NCBI GenBank assembly: GCA_964234715.1
Contig: OZ174276.1
DNA: 64,000 nucleotides
DNA from: Podarcis melisellensis
Taxonomy: Eukaryota
Strand: one strand, 5' to 3'
The stretch's first letter is position 1, and every line of letters begins with the position of its first letter. Under the pieces are notes generated by a model that worked only from the letters and a program-made list of their open reading frames with translations, was not told where the DNA came from and searched no databases. Made by a program: the position numbers and the translations under genes. This document shows positions 1 through 11,562 of the stretch, piece by piece.

Positions 1-894
1 AGGTCAGGATGTTCTCTCTATTCTAGTATCTCAGTTTGAAAGAAAATGGCCCATTTAAAAACATTCATTGTAGCATTCTGAGTCTTTTGCATATGATGCC
101 ATGAAGCATGATGGGAAATACTGTCACGGTTTAAAGATGTGTTCCAAATAAGTAATAACTATGATGACAATCTACTAGAATGGAGAAAATTCATCAACAC
201 AACGCACAGCTAAAGCTAGGTATGTGAACAAGAGAAAACAAGGATGAATCCACTAAATGTTGGAAGAGAAGTTATGTCTGTTGTACAGCAGAAATAAAGC
301 ACTTTATTGCTACACATTAGCTATAAATGTCTAATGTTTCAGGAGGAGATGGTTAAAGCAGGGCTCAAAATACTGGTTAAATGTTTCACAATGGAAAAAA
401 GTCACTCTTTATTCTAGAATGTCTGATCAAAGCGGTGACCAAAAAAGTCTACAACACAAGCAGCAATGCCAAAGATTCAAGTCTGATAGCTTATGCTTGA
501 AAATTGTAACTGGGATTTGCTGCCACACCTTCTAGGCATCTGCTTTTGGAATCATTTTAAGTTCAAAGAAGCAAAACCTAAGTGGGATCTTTTGTGTCAT
601 GGCATTTTCCTTAAGTCCATAAACAATAGAAGATCTCTCTGACGTTGCTTGAAATACTCTCATGTTTAGTATGTGAAATAAGTAAAATTAAAACATCTGG
701 GAGCCACCTCAGAGGTAATATTGAATGTAAGCCCAAATAGAATGGTACTACAGGTATTTTATTTGTTCAAATAAAAAAAGTTATGTGCTGGTTAGAAATA
801 TTGCTTATCTGAAAATGCCATAGCTATTCCCACTTGAGAACAGTATTTAGAACCCTGTAAACATCAGAATATACAGTGACCAGTGAGTATGTAC

Positions 895-1029
895 ATTGCT
901 CTCCAGGGCATTAAGTAAGAGTGTGTTATTATCATCAGGAAAAGAGTCATCCGTCAGAGCTAAGGACCAGGAATTTTCAGAGAGAATATCTGACGTCAGA
1001 GACAGAGCCTCCATCTCAGCTAGAGGGAT
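895..1029 (-). CDS. CACNA1G: CACNA1G cassette exon 35 (135 nt): [45 protein letters not shown]
   Basis: Manual minus-strand translation; acceptor ccttgtttag, donor AAT|gtacat; phase 0-0; close match to mammalian exon 35 peptide. Not in the ORF track. Confidence 0.93.
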
Positions 1030-2399
1030 CTAAACAAGGGAGAGATGATCAAACATAAGAAACCAGGACACATGTAAATGTCTTTGAGAAAAGAAATGCT
1101 ATTATCATCACCATTACCGCCTAAATACTAAGGTAGTTCCCCTTCTAAGCAAGTGCATTTGTATTGTGCATATTATTTTGTGGATAAAGCTAAAAGGAAA
1201 TGGAGACAAAGTTTAATTTTCTAAAAGTTCTAAACAGGCTTACATATAATGCAAGGTGGAAATCCCCAACTGCACAATAAAGATGCACTGATTAATATAT
1301 AGTCTTTTGAGGCGCTAACTGAGGGAGCTAAAGCTTCAGCTGCTCTTGAATTAATTTTTAAAACCATGCCTAATTACATTTAAATGTTCCATGCTTCCAG
1401 AAATTCTACTCCTAAATGTTATAATATTCTGCTTGTGTTTGGTCAGAGGCTCGGAATTTGTTGTTGTTGCTGCTGCTGCTGTTTTTTAAAAATGAATTTT
1501 GCAAGCTGGAGTCCAAACAGCTACTTTATTTGCACCCAAAGTAAGGCTGGTCAAATTTATCAATTTTGGATTCTCTCCTTTCCTCATTTTCAAGTCATAA
1601 GTGCACTTTTCCACATCTCCAGTCTAATGTGCATTTTTTTAAAAAGTCCTCAAGAACATTCCCTAGCATTTTAGTGTGAATTTCTCCCATGAGTTTGTAT
1701 ATAATTTTGTCTGACATACACATTTCCCCCCAAAGAATTTCCCCTTAATATATAATGCATTTTTCTTTGTTATTTTCATTAATATATATATTAGGCAAAC
1801 TTTGCCCCAGTATATTCATAGAGTATGAAAATTAAATTTTCACACACTTTTGCAAAATTCAGGGAAACGCAATTTTCAGAATATATTGCTTCAGAAAGTG
1901 AGTTAGGTTAGTCTGCCTTTAAATTCAAACTGTAATGAATTTCTCCCCCATCTCCACATGTACCTAGGATCGGGTTTTGCTAGCCAAAAGGCACAACTTT
2001 CGCTGTTTAAATAGCACATTTTTTCCTGCCAGTTTCAAAATTGCTTGCTCAGTGGCGGAGGGAGCTGGAGTTCAAGTTCCACAACCCCAAAGCCCCCTTG
2101 GGCATTCAGAACTACTGAGCCTAGCTCTAGCTCTTTGGATCCTGAACCCTGCTAGGTGTTCAGTATATTATGTCTTCTCAATTTCAAATGCTATAGTTGC
2201 ATTGCAGATCTACTTTGTTGTGGTGAGATCTCAGGAGTACTTTTGTAGCCTAGTTTAGAAAAGTCTGATGGAATCAGTGGAACGGCTGAGGAATTGCTGG
2301 CTTTCATGGCTCCTTAGATTTATTTGAAGCAATTAAGCAAAACATATACTAGTGGACATGCACTGAACATTTTCTGTGTCACATTCAATAAAATAATAA

Positions 2400-2646
2400 A
2401 GGTAAAGGTAAAGGTACCCCTGCCCGTACGGGCCAGTCTTGACAGACTCTAGGGTTGTGCGCCCATCTCACTTAAGAGGCCGGGGGCCAGCGCTGTCCGA
2501 AGACACTTCCGGGTCACGTGGCCAGCGTGACAAAGCTGCATCTGGCGAGCCAGCGCAGCACTCGGAAACGCCGTTTACCTTCCCGCCAGTAAGCGGTCCC
2601 TATTTATCTACTTGCACCCGGGGGTGCTTTCGAACTGCTAGGTTGG
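2400..2646 (-). mobile_element. Sauria SINE, 5'-truncated, with 14-bp target-site duplication
   Basis: (ACCTTT)n tail seen as aaaggtaaaggtaaaggt; conserved core gtttaccttcccgcc...cctatttatctacttgcac...actgctaggttggca shared with the copy at 48772; TSD caataaaataataa at 2386-2399 and 2647-2660. Confidence 0.9.
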
Positions 2647-2754
2647 CAATAAAATAATAATGTACTGCTAATCCCTTTTAATCTGAGAATCAGTTGTTTC
2701 AAACCAATAAACAAGCAAACCTAAATGCTTTCTTTAACAGTATGGTTTAAAAAT

Positions 2755-2796
2755 TGGATGTTGAGATTCCTGCATTGCAGGGGGTTGGGGCTAGAT
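2755..2796 (+). mobile_element. CR1 LINE 3'-tail fragment
   Basis: gattcctgcattgcagggggttgg-ctagat, the same motif as the SINE tail at 29042-29070. Confidence 0.6.
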
Positions 2797-3354
2797 TGAG
2801 GAAGCAAGCCAAAGAGGAAGCCCTCCGGCTTGCGCCTCCGTTAAATGGTCCCAGCCACACACACCCCAGCAAGCGGATTGGCTGGCTGGGCCCCGACGTG
2901 GCCAGGATCCCCTGGGCAATAGGGGACTACGTCCCCCACCCCCAGTGGGGAGTGGGTGGCCACGTGGTCCACCGCAACTCCTCCCCACTGGGAAGTGGAG
3001 CGGATATAACAAGAAAGGGTTCTAATCTACGTAACAGAGGAAGTAAAAATAATTCTTTAATACTGTTTAATCCAAAGAAAATTGGTGTATCCTTCTTGTA
3101 TATACCATTAGCAGACTTGAGCATATCAAAGTTGAGGGATATCAGTCCAGCTCTTTCCACTACCGTTAATGGGATCATGGTCTAACGCTGTCACTTACTT
3201 GTTTTAAAAAATGAAATCCAACCTTTTATTTCAAAGTTCTCTCTAAATAAATACAATTTAAGACCTCAGAGGGGCCCTATAACAGATCAGTGTCAAATCA
3301 GCCTGACTCCCTCCTTTCGCAATCTTCACAGAACCCTAGCCCAATGGTTGCCAT

Positions 3355-3466
3355 CAATTTGATTTGAATTAATTTTATAATGAATGATTTTAGAATGTTA
3401 TACTATTTGATTGTTCTTAGCCGCCCTGAGCCCGGCTTCGACTGGGGAGGGCAGGATATAAATAAA

Positions 3467-3508
<42 letters not shown>
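3355..3508 (+). mobile_element. L2-type LINE 3' end with (TTA)n tail
   Basis: agccgccctgag...gggcaggatataaataaaattt(att)n resembles the 3' end of the L2 at 17050-17146. Confidence 0.75.
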
Positions 3509-3509
<1 letters not shown>

Positions 3510-4070
3510 TGTAGTTTATGGACCATTTTTAGAATCTATTGCAAATATCATGTCATTAATAAAGGAGGCCCACTGCTGCCACCATCCTCAAACAATATGC
3601 TTATTGGTCTTAATATGGAGTGTTAAATTTCCAGGTAATTTTCTCAAAGCTTGGCATCTTATTTATAAATTTTTATGTGCGTCTTCACAATAACATAGGC
3701 TTTTTTCATTTTTGCAGGAAACATTTATCGTGTCATAAAACTGACTCATACCAATGGCCACTATTACATAAAGATATATGTCTATTCCATGTCTTCCAAT
3801 TCCTCCTTTATCTCAACAGTTCATTTTTTATGCCAAAGAATTAGCGCTTTTACTTTAAGTGCTCAAGCCATCTGTGTCCAATGGTAATGAATCTTTCAGG
3901 ATGTAGTGTGGAGACCAGGACTAGTTGTATCTAACCCAGAAATGTTAGAGAATCTCAAAGAGGGCTAGGGAGACAGCAATGGTTGAATTAGCCTCATTTG
4001 ATTTTAGGAAACAGCATATTTATAGAAACATCTATAAATCTTTGAACTATCACAATGAGAAGGACTTTCT

Positions 4071-4253
4071 GGGAGGAATTCAGCACTGTGCAAGGCAGTC
4101 ATTCTAGCAAGTCAAGCATTTTGGCTCACCATAGGGAATGATTCCCCCCTCCTCCCCACGATTTAGCTCCACCTTGAGCCAATGTGGGAATGAGGGGGGA
4201 AGCCCCATTGTTCAGGACTTCCACTGAAGGGGCTCATTAGTTGAATCCCACCC
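4071..4253. mobile_element. Old non-autonomous DNA transposon (MITE)
   Basis: Imperfect TIRs gggaggaattcagc / agttgaatcccaccc; related ends at 15927 and 59888-60073. Confidence 0.5.
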
Positions 4254-5977
4254 TCAGGTTCAGTAAAAAAGCATGAAATATTATCACTAATTCCATGCGA
4301 CCTAATGAAAGTGTGATAGCTAGGTGCAGGGCCACAGTTGATGTGGCAACAAACAGATTAATGCTTTGATAGCTCATTGCCAAATATACAACTATAATGT
4401 GAGAACCTGAATGTGTGTATCTATCTCAGAGAGAAGATCCACATGTTCCTTGCCAAACACCAGGGACAGGGAATCTGTGGCCTGCTAGATATTGCTGCAT
4501 TTCAACTACTATCACTCTTGGTCATTGACCATGTTGACTGGTGCTGGGAGCTGAAGACCAGCAACATCTGGAGGGCCATAGAAAGCCTGTTCCTGCCATG
4601 CATCAGACACACAGACAGATAGAAAGAGAGGGGGGGAAGGGATTTTAGTTTTCACAACATTTCTCATGTCTCTTCAGATATGGGAGTAGCTGGCAAGAGC
4701 AGCTGAATGTAAAATAAGAAAAGGACCACACAGCACAATTCTAAATACAGTTACGAAGAAAGTTCCTCAAATTCAATAGGATTTGCTTCTTAGTAAATGT
4801 TCTAAGCCTGATAATTGCTTCACACAAAACAGAAAAAAAGATCCCATGGTGGATACCATGTTTTCAATAGAGAGAGCTCCATTTTCAGAAATGCCAGTGG
4901 CCAGGAGAATCAACAATGATAGTTTACATGTGGAAGAAAAAGTGTAACATTTGGTATGCGCTATTTGCCGAGAGACAATGTGGCAGGCTACATTGGAAGT
5001 CTCCTCTCATTATTTAAAAATGCGCCTCCTCTTTCATCCTTGGGAGAAACCAGTCATCCTAATCTTCAACCTAATGAGAGTCCCAGTGTGATATACTGTG
5101 CTGGGCAGTAAGAACTAATGACGTAGGTGGCTGGTTCCATGTGGGAAAATAATAGCCATTCAGCTGTTACAAGTATGTGATGCCTACACTGCAGGGCAAT
5201 CAACTGGCTCAGACCTGGAGCTATATAGATGCCTCCACCTTTTTGAACCACTGCCACATACTACACCCATATCTATAATATACTTGCCCTACCCTAAGAG
5301 ACAAGGAAGTTTCATTAGTGGGCTGCTTAAAAAGCTATTAAATCGAAACTTACCGTAACTAGAAACTTAAACCCATATTAAGGCTGCAGTGCTTAGTCAA
5401 TTAATTGGTTAGAATAATTAAAAAGCCTGAAAATGTTTAATTGACCAGAAATGCCCCCTGGTTAATTTGGCACTGTGTGTGTGTGTGTATGCGCCAGTAC
5501 TTACTGTAGATGGCAAATCTTAAAAGAGGCAATCTCCCTTTTCTCTCTCACAAGAAATTCCAAAGCTACCCTGACTTTCCTGATTAATCAGTATGCCCTT
5601 TTAATATGCTATCAAAGCTTTAATTTATTATAATATTTTATATTATAATATTTGGGTTCAACCTGGAATTGGATTTGAACAAATACACCTTTTGAACAGG
5701 TACACCTTTTATATTCACATGGAGCTAATCAGAAATCAGGCACACTGATAGTACTGGAATTGTCCTAGGTTTTAAATTACATAATCTGCTTTGACACAAG
5801 GAATATACTAAGCAAGGTGACAACCCCCATACACATACTGAACTATCTTCACATCTGTTTACACACAGGCCAGTTTATTTTCAACATCCCAAAGTGGTCC
5901 ATGAAATTCAACATAGGCTTCCATGCAGATGAATGGAAATGTTCACAAGAGCAGCATCTCATCTCTACGCTACCTTC

Positions 5978-6308
5978 CAGCACAATCCTATACATGTCTA
6001 CTCAAAAGTAAGTTCCCATTGAGTACAATGGGACTTACTGCCAGGAAATTGAGTGTAGGATTGCAGCCTTAATGACATTCTTATAAGCTTTCCAGCGTAA
6101 TCTTATGCATGCTTACTCAGAAGTAAGCTTCACTGTATTTAACAGGGCTTCCTTCCAGGTCAGTATGCAAAGGATTGTAATGCCAATGCACTAAATACTT
6201 GTCTAAACATAAATCTAGCTATGGTTATAGTCCTATACATACTGATGGTGGAGTATGTTCCACTGAATTCAGTTGGCTTTCTAACTGAACATGCATAGGA
6301 CTGGGTGG
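5978..6308. mobile_element. Three tandem ~90-bp palindromic MITE-like repeats
   Basis: Units of the form caatccta...tactcagaagtaag..cccattga..caatgggacttact...taggattg at ~5978, ~6093 and ~6223; related copies near 4731, 8075, 20225 and 56095. Confidence 0.6.
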
Positions 6309-6315
6309 TAAATAC

Positions 6316-6646
6316 TAGGGATGGAAAAGGAATTTATTTGGTCAGCATTTTTAAAGCGAATTGACCCAGTTTGCTGTTCCTAAGCTTATCAGCAGATTGA
6401 AAATTAATGTCATTTTGGTTCCAAAAATGGATACAAAAATGTGCTAGGAAAATGCATATTTTATAGGGGGGAAATGTGTACAAAATGCATTCTTTAGGAG
6501 AACATGTGGACATTTTCAATTCACATTTTTCATGGTGGTTTTTTTGTTTTTTTAAACACAGGCACAGAAAACAGGGGGACTGGTCCTATGATTGAACACA
6601 TGAAATACTGACACAGAATGACAATAGGCTGATCCATCCATCCCTA
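6316..6646. mobile_element. hAT-type MITE
   Basis: TIRs tagggatgga / tccatcccta and 8-bp TSD gtaaatac (6308-6315 and 6647-6654). Degenerate relatives appear near 1540-1955, 19150-19700 and 30450-30776. Confidence 0.8.
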
Positions 6647-6826
6647 GTAAATACCCATCTCCTCTTAAATAGAAATGCATTTTCCATTCTACAAAAGTAG
6701 TTTTTAGTCACTTTCGGCCCTGATACGCCTACTTTAGATAAAAGTAAGAAAACCTCTCTCTCTTTTGTAATAAAGGTTTCAATCTAAATTTAGATAGAAA
6801 CTTTTCAGGAAATTAGTAATATTAAC

Positions 6827-6967
6827 CTGTTTCTCAGAGTTGTAATTGTCAGTAGCTGGAAGGGCATAATGATGGCACACAGAGCCTGATAAGTTGTCCA
6901 TCAGCTTCAACTCTCCTTCTAGAGATTCCTGGATCAGCAGTGATATGGTATCAAACAAGTGTCTTTC
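6827..6967 (-). CDS. CACNA1G: CACNA1G cassette exon 34 (141 nt): ERHLFDTISLLIQESLEGELKLMDNLSGSVCHHYALPATDNYNSEKQ
   Basis: Acceptor ctcctcccag, donor CAG|gttaat, phase 0-0; N-terminal half matches mammalian exon 34 (DRQLFDTISLLIQGSLE.ELKLMD). Confidence 0.92.
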
Positions 6968-8946
6968 CTGGGAGGAGTGCCATATAGCATGCAGAAAAGG
7001 ATAAGCCAGGCCAAAAGAGAGGGGCAGAAGCGGGGAAAGGTAGGGGGAGCGAAAGAAGAGAAAGAAGAGAGAATGAATGCATGAGAGACAGAAAAGAGGA
7101 GAAGAGACAGAAAAAGAATGTTTTCAGACAGAACAGCAGTTGTTGAAATGGCCAGGAAGGGAAGACAGAGACAGAGAGGGGAAAAAGAACAGTGCAGTAA
7201 TACCACAGTCAGAACCTTTCTTAGACGTTGCTACACACTAGACCAAAACTAAACACGATAGTGCTCTAAGACTGGTGGGACACATTACATTCATTAATTC
7301 GTAAATGGCGACTGATAGAACTATTTCTACTTTGCAGAGCCATCCTACTTGACAGCAGGGAACAAAACTGCAGCATAGCTAAACAACAATATGCACGATT
7401 TTAAATGGAGGTGGGGATGGGAGCCCAGCATTAAGCCTGAAAAAAAAAATCCACACTTTGGCATCACTTAACCATGTAAGAAACAGAAATGGCCTTGAGA
7501 GATGCTGGATGATTTGCAGTTGTGCTCGGTGGCTCAAGTGTTAGGCACCTCTGAAAATTAGGCCACTAATTTAGTAACCACTGGATGAGTGTAAGATTAA
7601 ATTTTCAAAAGCACAAAAAGTGACAAAACTCAGTGGATTTCGACTTCTGTTTTGTCTGCTGGTGCTGTTATGCATAGTGCTTGCAGTGTGGTTGGTATTT
7701 CCCAAGGCTAGGTCCTATACCGTGTAAACAATCTTTGAAGGCTGGAGTTGCCTGTGTGACAGATCACATGGCTGCCAGCGGATCTGTCACCCTGCATCAG
7801 ATCACAAACACAGATATGAGGAGTACCTACCTGAGTCTTGCACCCAAATGTCACTGGATTGGTGTAGTATCCATCCAGACATGGGGAAATGACAACCCAG
7901 CTGATTTGGAAATCTGAACTACACCTCCGGCTTTTGCTACTAGCTGGGGAAAATTCAATTATTCTATACCTCAGATGAAATCTAAATACTCTGATTTAAG
8001 TTATTCATGGCCATAACCTAGTTCCCTTTGACTTCCATGATGATTATTAATTTTGGGGTTTGTGCGATGCTGAATAGTCCAGTCCTATGCATGCTTCCTC
8101 AGCAGTAAGACCCACTAACTTCAATGGGACATATTGCTGAATAAGTGAATTTAGGATTCTGTAGCGCCTGAGATAGTCCAGCAGGAAGTTTGGGATTCGG
8201 AAGACCTATGAGCTTTTGAAAATTTTAACCCAAGTTCCAAATGACAGGCTCCCAATTTCAAAAGTGTCTTCTCAAGTGCTTACACCTGAATATTAATACA
8301 TAGCATAAAAGCTTCTCAAGCAATATGATGGCCGATCACTTAAAAGCAGTACTTTCTATGCAGGCAAGTATGTATGATGACATATACCCTTATGAACACA
8401 GTGCATATACTTTACGGAACATGCAAGCAAAGAAGCATGCTGCCAGTCACATAACTTTGCCTGGCTACATTTTAGGAGCTGTATTCCTCTTTCATCATGT
8501 GCTCAAATACCACATTAACACATAAATTTCCACTGAAAAAAGAGTTCTGCGGGGCGAGACAGTCACCCGTCCAAAGTTATGGCTGGGACAGATCTGAATA
8601 AATGTATTATATGTATACCAGATATATAGCTGAGAGAGTGAGTGGGTGATCTCGTGCCTGTTTAATGAAGTTCTTGTAGCCACCTACTGCACATCCCTCA
8701 TCTCCCATCAACATAACCTGCCAACTCATAACAAATGCTCTCGTGACTCTCATCGTTGCAATCCCCTATGAACATTCAATTTCATGGTCTGCACTTGGCT
8801 GAGTAGGGATTTTTTTTACTCACAGGGAAAAAGGAATACAACTCCCTTATACATTAATACACTCAAGACTTTTTGGAATCTGTGCAAATGCTATCTGAGG
8901 AAAGTATAAGCTACTCCCCACTTCACCCACCACCTAAGATTCTCAC

Positions 8947-9291
8947 CATAGGATGAACCAATGAGAGTTGAGAATCCACCTTGATTTGCATGGGATTGGC
9001 ATATCCTCTGGGGCTCTCAGGTCTTTCTCCTGCATTACTGCCTGCCCATATGAAAGGGTCAGAGGGCGGATGCTGGCCTGGGGTGATTGTCTTCATTTCC
9101 ATCTCCAGTTCCAATTCCAGTTCTGCTTCCTCTTTTGCTTCCTTGTTACTTTCCTCTAGGTGCTTCATGAGTACAGCAATCACCACATTCACCAGGACAA
9201 ACTGAGCTGTCAGCACAAATGATACGAAATAGATTGGCGAGATGACGGTGTTGTAGCAGGTGGATTCCTCATCGCAGTCTCGCAGAGTGTC
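8947..9291 (-). CDS. CACNA1G: CACNA1G exon 33 (345 nt): IV-S6 and proximal C-terminus, [31 protein letters not shown]...SLVHPM
   Basis: Overlaps ORF 8923..9216; tttag acceptor, ATG|gtgaga donor. Confidence 0.96.
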
Positions 9292-9736
9292 CTAAAGGAA
9301 GGAACAGAGGGATGGGAGGTGGGAATGGTCGTGGCTTATGAGACAGTTCTGGGCAACTCTATCCATGAATCAGATTGGGCTTTTCAGCTTCAAGTCCAAA
9401 AGGCTTTTTATAGGGGTGAGCAAAACCTACTGTGGAATCTCTTCAGGTTAATTCCCTTCATCCTCCACAGAGTTTATATGGAATTTCTGTTTACCCATGT
9501 CCCATGGCAGACCTTTTCTGCCAAACTTAGCCTTCCTAAACACCCCATTATCGTGTCAAGGGCACACAAAGGCTTCTCACTCATACAAATGGCCAATGGC
9601 ACACAACCTTGCTGGAAGAGCTGATTTCTGTGCAAACATCAACATGGAACTATTCAGCACTGTCCTAGCATGAATTCCTCAAACCATAAGAACATCTGTC
9701 TTACTGTAGCAACACTCATTCTAATGGGGATTTTAC

Positions 9737-9858
9737 CTTCATTATCCCATTCCAGTTGTCTCCTGTGGATACACGGAAGAGTGTGAGAAAAGCCATCCCA
9801 AAGTTGCGAAAAGTTGCATGTCGCCCTAATCCCTCACAGGGATGAGTATCGTCACATT
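9737..9858 (-). CDS. CACNA1G: CACNA1G exon 32 (122 nt): domain IV pore loop, (E)[40 protein letters not shown]
   Basis: Manual translation; cag acceptor, AAG|gtaaaa donor; selectivity-filter Asp in TGDNW. Confidence 0.97.
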
Positions 9859-9972
9859 CTGTATGACCAACCAAAAATAAAGGCAATTTAGCCATTTGTT
9901 TTCATGACAAATAACTATGTTACTCTGCCTCATCCAATTCTATGCAACAAACTGGTGGAGCAGAGAACTTAC

Positions 9973-10051
9973 CAAGGTCTCCAAACAGCTCCACCCCAAG
10001 AGCTGCAAATATGAAAAACAACAACATGAAGAGAAGACCCAGATTCCCCAC
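9973..10051 (-). CDS. CACNA1G: CACNA1G exon 31 (79 nt): IV-S5, [26 protein letters not shown]
   Basis: tttacag acceptor, TTG|gtaagt donor. Confidence 0.97.
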
Positions 10052-11027
10052 CTGTAAAGAGAAAAGAAAAGGAGGGAAATTAAAAAAAAAAATCATTGAT
10101 GTATTTCTCGGAAGTAACCCCCATTATGGAAGATGTACCACATTAGCCTCCATTGTATAGGCCTTTGTCTCTTTGTCCTCAGTAACTTTAACAACTCCTG
10201 TCTAACCACTAGTAGTAGCCCAGTCTCATGATTTACTGTGCCAGTGAATAAATACAAAAGCTTCAATCCTAGGCAGTGCAGGTGGAGAAAAAGCACACGA
10301 ACAGACAGAAATAGTTTCAAGAAAGTTTGTATTGTTACCAGTCACCTGGCTGAACAGTCAAAACCAGTTTTTGATGGAAAACTGTCTTCCCAATTCTACT
10401 GGGCAAACAGTTTTAGTAAAGAAAAAAAGAGTATGCATTTAAAACTTTATAAACAGAGTACATAGTCTTGCCCTGTCAAGGACTGTCATATATTGTTGCG
10501 CACTGTCTGCTGCACAAGCACAATACCAAATTGTGCACAATACAAATTGTTGCATTATGCCCACAATGTTGCTATTCCCGAACAGTTCCACCTAGAACTC
10601 CAGGGCTATTCAATTTCCTCTGGTTTTGAGAGTTTCTATCCCCCTTCTAAGAGAAAAGCAGATGGCCACTGAAATTCCATTCCAAAGTCAGAGTAATTCT
10701 AGATGAGGGATAGCCAATGTGGTGGTGCTGTCCAGATGTAGCAGAACCCCAACTACCATCAACCCCAACTTGGTCAGGACTGATGGGAACAACATCTGAA
10801 GAGCACGTTGGCTACCCTGCTCTAGACTGTCTGATTTATTTGTTTAATTTCTGCTTAGAAATACAGCAAATATGTTGTTCAGCCCACCACATTGCAAACT
10901 GCTGTGGGTCACACAATACAGTCTACTTTGAAGTCCACCCCCCTGAAAGTTAGTTCACCTTGAAGTGTCACTCAGTGACTTCCCTACAATGCCTTCTGTT
11001 CATGAGGAGCACTGATCCCACCATAAA

Positions 11028-11162
11028 TCATAGAGATGGAAGGGACCACAAGGGTAACCTAGTCCAACCCACTGAAGTGGAGGAATCTTTTGCCCAAAGT
11101 GGGGCCCAAGCCCACAATGCTGAGACTAAGAGTCTCGTGCACTACTGACTGAGCTACCCTGG
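11028..11162 (-). mobile_element. SINE with tRNA-Lys(CTT)-derived head and CR1 tail
   Basis: Reverse complement reads gggtagctcagtcagtagtgcacgagactcttagtctcagcattgtgggcttgggccccactttgggc (tRNA-Lys-like) followed by gattcct...gggttggactagg...gtcccttcca..tctatgat. Confidence 0.8.
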
Positions 11163-11464
11163 CAGTTATACATAATGTTGTGTTTATATTTCCTCCTGCT
11201 CCATCTGCTCCAACAATTTTAAAGCAATCCCATGTATTATTTTCCTTTTTCTATGGTTAAGGTGGATTGTTTCTGACCGTGCACAACCCCAGCCATTTTA
11301 CAATCCTACAGAGGGGAAGTTTCCTCTCTTACTCCTTTCTGCCACTGCTCATTGCATTGAGTTACGGGTTTGTTTTGAGGTGTATGCACACAGCTGTCAA
11401 AACATGTATTTAGCTTTAAAAAATAAAATAAAAATAAATGCCATGACTGAGAGGAAGAAGCATT

Positions 11465-11562
11465 CATGTCCTGCTTGTGGGCTTCCCATGCTGGTTGGCC
11501 ATTGTGAGAACAGAGTGCTGGATTAGATGGGTCCTTGGCCTGATCCAGCAGCATTCTTCTTT
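11465..11562 (+). mobile_element. CR1 LINE 3' fragment
   Basis: ggttggccattgtgagaacagagtgctggattagatgggtccttggcctgatccagca; reverse-oriented relative near 53395-53600. Confidence 0.6.

Noticed and set aside
2845-2935. Resemblance to the HDV ribozyme (atggtcccagcc; ctgggcaa..aggggac..gtcccc)
   Set aside because: No P1 partner, no UCCUCG-type L3 and no closing P2 strand; the nested pseudoknot cannot be built, so this looks like coincidental word matches.
4985-5038. Possible extra exon between 34 and 35 (tttctcccaag|DERGGAFLNNERRLPM)
   Set aside because: Hits a stop after 16 codons, has no good donor, and shows no recognisable homology.
7756-7790. 10-bp perfect hairpin gtgacagatc/gatctgtcac
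   Set aside because: About one such stem is expected by chance in 64 kb; no other support.
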